Positions 60,294 through 64,000 of a stretch of 64,000 nucleotides of DNA are shown here, piece by piece; positions within the stretch are counted from its first letter, which is position 1; every line of letters begins with the position of its first letter. The stretch lies in the NCBI GenBank assembly GCA_024643795.1, contig JAHEMF010000110.1, forward strand, positions 22,137 through 86,136. The letters run 5' to 3'. Under the pieces are notes generated by a model. The model was not told the origin of the DNA, did no database searches, and saw only the letters and a program-made list of their open reading frames with translations. Source of the stretch: Bacteroidota bacterium (lineage in GTDB: Bacteria > Bacteroidota > Bacteroidia > AKYH767-A > OLB10). The translations under genes were made by a program, and so were the position numbers.

Positions 60294-60917
60294 TCAAAGC
60301 AGACCTTCAATAGCACCGGCTCCTTCACGTATCAATTCAGGTGGATCTACACTACAATCTATTACAGTACTGGCAATTTGTCCGCCATACCCACCATCTA
60401 CCACTACATCCACAACATTACCCCATTTTTCATTGATCTCAAAAGGATCAGTCATGTATTCATCATCATATCCACCATCCTGATGCAGTGATGTAGTAAC
60501 AAGCGGACCATCTAATTCATGTATCAAACTCTGAACAATATTATTTGCCGGAACTCTATACCCTATTGTTTTTCGTTTGGCCTTAAAAACAGAAGGGACC
60601 CTTGAACTGGTTTCAAGAATAAAAGTATACGGTCCGGGGATGGAACTTTTAAGTAACCTGAATACGCTCCTACTGAATGGGCGGGTATAGTTAGATATCT
60701 CCTCCAGTCCGCCAAATAAAAATGAGAACATGGCTTTGTTAGGCTTCACTCCTACTATACGACACATTTTTTCATAAGCATCATGATGTCTAGGATCGCA
60801 CGCAATAGCATAAACCGTATCGGTAGGTATAATGACCACTCCTCCTTTCGTAAGTATTTCGGTAACCTTCGCTACTGAGCGTGGATCAGGATTATCTGGG
60901 TGGATAGTCGTTATCAA
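60294..60917 (-). CDS. tsaC: L-threonylcarbamoyladenylate synthase (YrdC/Sua5 family)
   Basis: YrdC domain (…GGVVIIPTDTVYAIACD…). 207 aa. Its stop codon abuts the nnr stop on the opposite strand. Confidence 0.75.
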   Translation of the reverse strand: MITTIHPDNPDPRSVAKVTEILTKGGVVIIPTDTVYAIACDPRHHDAYEKMCRIVGVKPNKAMFSFLFGGLEEISNYTRPFSRSVFRLLKSSIPGPYTFILETSSRVPSVFKAKRKTIGYRVPANNIVQSLIHELDGPLVTTSLHQDGGYDDEYMTDPFEINEKWGNVVDVVVDGGYGGQIASTVIDCSVDPPELIREGAGAIEGLL

Positions 60918-61011
60918 TTTATACTTTCAATTCTAAAAATGAACTCATTTATATTTCACAGGTATTTATATGATTCTTCACTGAACCTGATCCTCAAAAT
61001 TAAATGTCGGT

Positions 61012-62433
61012 CTAAATAAACTTGATCTTTCTTGCTGCAAAAGCACTCATCTTTAGTAGTATAAGTCCGTGATAAAATCTTGAGATATTTGTGTCGCCAT
61101 AAGTACGCTCGCGATATCGTATGGGTACTTCCACGATCCTCAGATTGAGTTTATATGCTCCAAATATCAGGTCAAAATCTCCAAAAGGGTCAAAATCTCC
61201 AAAGAACTTACGGTTACTCACCAACCGGTAGTAATCTTCCCTGAAGATCACCTTGGTACCACATAACGTATCTTTAAATGGTTGTTCCAGCAACCAGGTA
61301 AAGAGCATGCTAAAGAATTTATTTCCCAGCATGTTCAAAAAACGCATCGCTTCTTTTTCCATAGGGTATACCAACCGGCTGCCATTAATAAAATCACCGG
61401 TGTTGGTAGCCATGGCATTATAAAATTTAGGCAAGTCCTCCGGTGGCATGGTAAGGTCAGCATCCAGGATCATAAGGATATCTCCCGTGGCCATAGCAAA
61501 TCCTTTTTTCACTGCGTCATTCTTCCCCTTTCCTTCCTGTCTTCCGGTAAGGATAGTGTGGGTGTCCTTATACTTTTCAGCTACACGTTGAATCATATCC
61601 CAGGTATCATCGGTGGAGTTACCTTCAATAAAAATGATCTGCTGATGTTTTCCGAATTTTGGGATCCTCAGTATTGCATTTTCAATGTTTCCGCTTTCAT
61701 TACGAGCCGGAATAACAATTGAAACTGAATATTTTTCCTGAACCTGCTCAGGTACTTGTGTAGCTATCGGCTTGGCAAAGGTATAGTTGTTTATACAAAA
61801 ATATCTGATGACCGGCAGCTTCGCCAGGATCTTGTTGCAGAACCATGATATCAGCGGAATGTTCACAGGTATCAGCTGCCGCTTGGTAGATCGGTATGAA
61901 TCGAAACCTGCCAGCATCAGCAGATTCTCAACCTCCACTCTCGATAACCAGTTCTGTACCGGGGTTTTCTTCTTGAGACCTATCCACTCACCGAACTTCA
62001 ATATAGGTTCCCAAAAATGATTGTAATAGGTAACAATTATCTTGGTACGTTCATGACATACCTTTTTTAACTCTTCAAAAACATGCTGCACATCATTGGT
62101 GAACCCAACAAGGTTTGATAAGATCACCAAATCATATGAGCGATCAAGCTGAAGGTCTTCAGCACTCATGACCTTAAAATCTACGTCTTGAAAACGATCA
62201 GAAGCAACCTTGATCATTCCTTCGCTAAAATCAATCCCGGTTTTTTCTTTGCCTCTTATGGAAGATATCAACTCACCTGTACCACAACCTATTTCGAGAA
62301 CACTATAATCTTCGTGAGAAAAATAATCGCAGAAATAGGTGATATCATTCCAGTAGTAGGAATGACGCTTTCTGATGGCAGCCCTATCGGTGGATAATCT
62401 TTCAAAATATGATCTTAATTCGTTTACGTTCAA
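61012..62433 (-). CDS. fused class I SAM-dependent methyltransferase / family 2 glycosyltransferase
   Basis: N-terminal MTase motif I (VLEIGCGTGEL) and a C-terminal GT2 region (VSIVIPARNESGNI…ILMILDADLTMPPEDL…). Confidence 0.75.
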   Translation of the reverse strand: MNVNELRSYFERLSTDRAAIRKRHSYYWNDITYFCDYFSHEDYSVLEIGCGTGELISSIRGKEKTGIDFSEGMIKVASDRFQDVDFKVMSAEDLQLDRSYDLVILSNLVGFTNDVQHVFEELKKVCHERTKIIVTYYNHFWEPILKFGEWIGLKKKTPVQNWLSRVEVENLLMLAGFDSYRSTKRQLIPVNIPLISWFCNKILAKLPVIRYFCINNYTFAKPIATQVPEQVQEKYSVSIVIPARNESGNIENAILRIPKFGKHQQIIFIEGNSTDDTWDMIQRVAEKYKDTHTILTGRQEGKGKNDAVKKGFAMATGDILMILDADLTMPPEDLPKFYNAMATNTGDFINGSRLVYPMEKEAMRFLNMLGNKFFSMLFTWLLEQPFKDTLCGTKVIFREDYYRLVSNRKFFGDFDPFGDFDLIFGAYKLNLRIVEVPIRYRERTYGDTNISRFYHGLILLKMSAFAARKIKFI

Positions 62434-62464
62434 TGTGTATGGCTTAACAGTATTTTACAAACTT

Positions 62465-63199
62465 TTATTTGGTAGCAGCAATAATTACAGAGCCTGCTAT
62501 CTCCTTCAGTACTGGTATCTTTTCAACCACTTTACCAATTCCATTCACAAAATTTATTAATGGTTTAGGAGTGATAGGGTGCAGAAAATCATAAGGGATT
62601 ATTTCAACTTCTGTGAATCCTGTTTCAAGCAGGAGCTTCTTGAATGACCATCGTATAATTGCAGACTCATCCGGCGAATCACCTAACTTTTCTTTTATGT
62701 ATGGAACATTCTTTTGAATAAGGATCTGGGGATTGATCATATTAGGTTCTGCAAAAACCATCCTTCCACCCTTTTTCAATACTCTGAAAATTTCATTGCA
62801 TGACAACTGATAGTTCAGATGATGTAACACTGAACTTCCAAACACAACATCAAAGTGGTTGTCGTTATAATTAAGATTCATAGCATCACCGATCTCAAAC
62901 TTAATTTGCGGATACTTTTCGCGAGCCTGACTTAGCAGATCTTCAGAGATATCCATTGCTGTTATATCAGCACCGCTCAGATCGAAGACCTTTCCGCTGA
63001 AGAGGCCGGTACCACAACCAATTTCAAGAACCTGTTCACCTTTCCTAATCTCTCCGTACCGCACAAGCAGGCGTGCACGGCGGTCGGCACGAACCTGACC
63101 GGCCGGACTGGACCAATTCCACACGCTTTCAGCTTCTTCACTGATCTTTTTACCGTGTTCTATCTCGTGCTGTATTCTTTTCTTTTCCTGGTCTGTCAT
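62465..63199 (-). CDS. class I SAM-dependent methyltransferase
   Basis: Motif I VLEIGCGTGLF and a post-I acidic residue. 244 aa. Confidence 0.75.
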   Translation of the reverse strand: MTDQEKKRIQHEIEHGKKISEEAESVWNWSSPAGQVRADRRARLLVRYGEIRKGEQVLEIGCGTGLFSGKVFDLSGADITAMDISEDLLSQAREKYPQIKFEIGDAMNLNYNDNHFDVVFGSSVLHHLNYQLSCNEIFRVLKKGGRMVFAEPNMINPQILIQKNVPYIKEKLGDSPDESAIIRWSFKKLLLETGFTEVEIIPYDFLHPITPKPLINFVNGIGKVVEKIPVLKEIAGSVIIAATK

Positions 63200-63201
63200 T
63201 A

Positions 63202-64000
63202 TTAATAATTGATCTTATAAAGGTATGCCGGCTCTGCCTGCCCTTCCTGACGGACCAAAGTTAACTTTTCAGGGTATTTCTTGGCTATAGGCTGCATCAT
63301 TCTGTGCATGGTGTTAATAATATACCCATCAACTTTCTTGGGATTTCTTCTCAGGTTTGCCAGGATCACATGTGTAACTTTTTCACGTTGCAAAATGGCA
63401 AGCACTGAATCAGGATTTGAAAGATTGGTAGCAGGATCAACTTCCGGCACTGCGTATACAGGATAAAATTTCATTCCATCACCATATACAAATGACATAG
63501 GAGCCTTGCGACATGCCACGTAACTGCCTTCGGGCAAATTTTTACCACACCATTGACTCATTCTTAGGTAATTTACCCAGTCGTTGGAATAACCATAAAA
63601 TATATCGCCGGAAAAGTTTTTGGACAAAACCTGAATGTTGGCAGCCGACTTTTTAAATGTAACTGCTGAAGAAGCCAGTAAAAAAATGAGTACCACGGCC
63701 ACATAACTGAACTGACCAAAAAATCCTTTCTTCCGTAAAAAGGAATACAACCCGTAAAAAATGATCATTAGCATGAATGGCACATACACCATTACAAACC
63801 TTGGCTGGTCCCATCGCGTTTGCAACACCAGAAAGGTTAATCCAGCAAGCGATGATGTATACAACGCAATAAACCCTAACACTTTTTGCTTGTCTCTGAT
63901 AATATAAATAACACCTATTACTGCCAGCACTAGAAATAAAATAAGTAAACCGGTTGATGTGGTGGTAACATCTTCTGACCTGAACCCCAGTATCTGGTAA
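63202..64000 (-). CDS. integral membrane protein, probably a GT39/ArnT-PMT-like glycosyltransferase (C-terminal part; the 5' end lies beyond the window)
   Basis: The reading frame stays open from 63202 to the window edge; there is no stop upstream of the GTG at 63928. It has multiple TM helices followed by a C-terminal soluble domain. The family assignment is tentative. Confidence 0.4.
   Translation of the reverse strand, partial: YQILGFRSEDVTTTSTGLLILFLVLAVIGVIYIIRDKQKVLGFIALYTSSLAGLTFLVLQTRWDQPRFVMVYVPFMLMIIFYGLYSFLRKKGFFGQFSYVAVVLIFLLASSAVTFKKSAANIQVLSKNFSGDIFYGYSNDWVNYLRMSQWCGKNLPEGSYVACRKAPMSFVYGDGMKFYPVYAVPEVDPATNLSNPDSVLAILQREKVTHVILANLRRNPKKVDGYIINTMHRMMQPIAKKYPEKLTLVRQEGQAEPAYLYKINY

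Overview
This 64 kb window looks like Bacteroidota chromosome (about 40% GC, AT-rich intergenic regions) and is densely coded on both strands. Three signals point to Bacteroidota: several type IX secretion system (T9SS) cargo proteins carrying the 'gliding motility-associated C-terminal domain', a PorP/SprF-family gene, and a short (287 aa) RpoD-like primary sigma factor. No transposase, integrase, CRISPR array or rRNA is visible. A tRNA-Ser(TGA) sits at 31470-31554 and is followed by its own terminator hairpin and an unusual array of 8-bp periodic repeats.

Housekeeping genes present: a partial Omp85/BamA-like gene, ung, an OsmC-family gene, lipA, gap, ftsK, a lolA-like gene, rpoD, an ABC exporter, a Leu/Glu-type dehydrogenase, the run nusB-DUF1573-yajC-ybbR-coaE, nnr and tsaC.

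Accessory-looking parts:
- Four T9SS cargo genes: one type A C-terminal domain (CTD) protein of 817 aa, one 2589-aa PKD-repeat adhesin, and an operon of cargo - PorP/SprF - PorE-like TPR/beta-propeller/OmpA protein - cargo.
- A minus-strand block (20159-23321) encoding two lipoproteins built from three tandem PSCyt1-like CxxCH (c-type haem-binding) modules, an OB-fold anchored protein, a YceI-like protein and a beta-barrel outer-membrane protein.
- Immediately upstream of that block, a DinB-family / YceI-paralog / beta-propeller LytS-type kinase / LytTR operon whose 5' end carries a roughly 110-nt GC-rich (about 68% GC), hairpin-rich element.
- A putative membrane-protein gene interrupted by a single in-frame TAG.
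- A probable glycosylation module at the right edge (GT39-like membrane protein, class I methyltransferase, methyltransferase-GT2 fusion).

All protein calls rest on recognisable motifs or domain architecture in the translated ORFs. No database search was possible.
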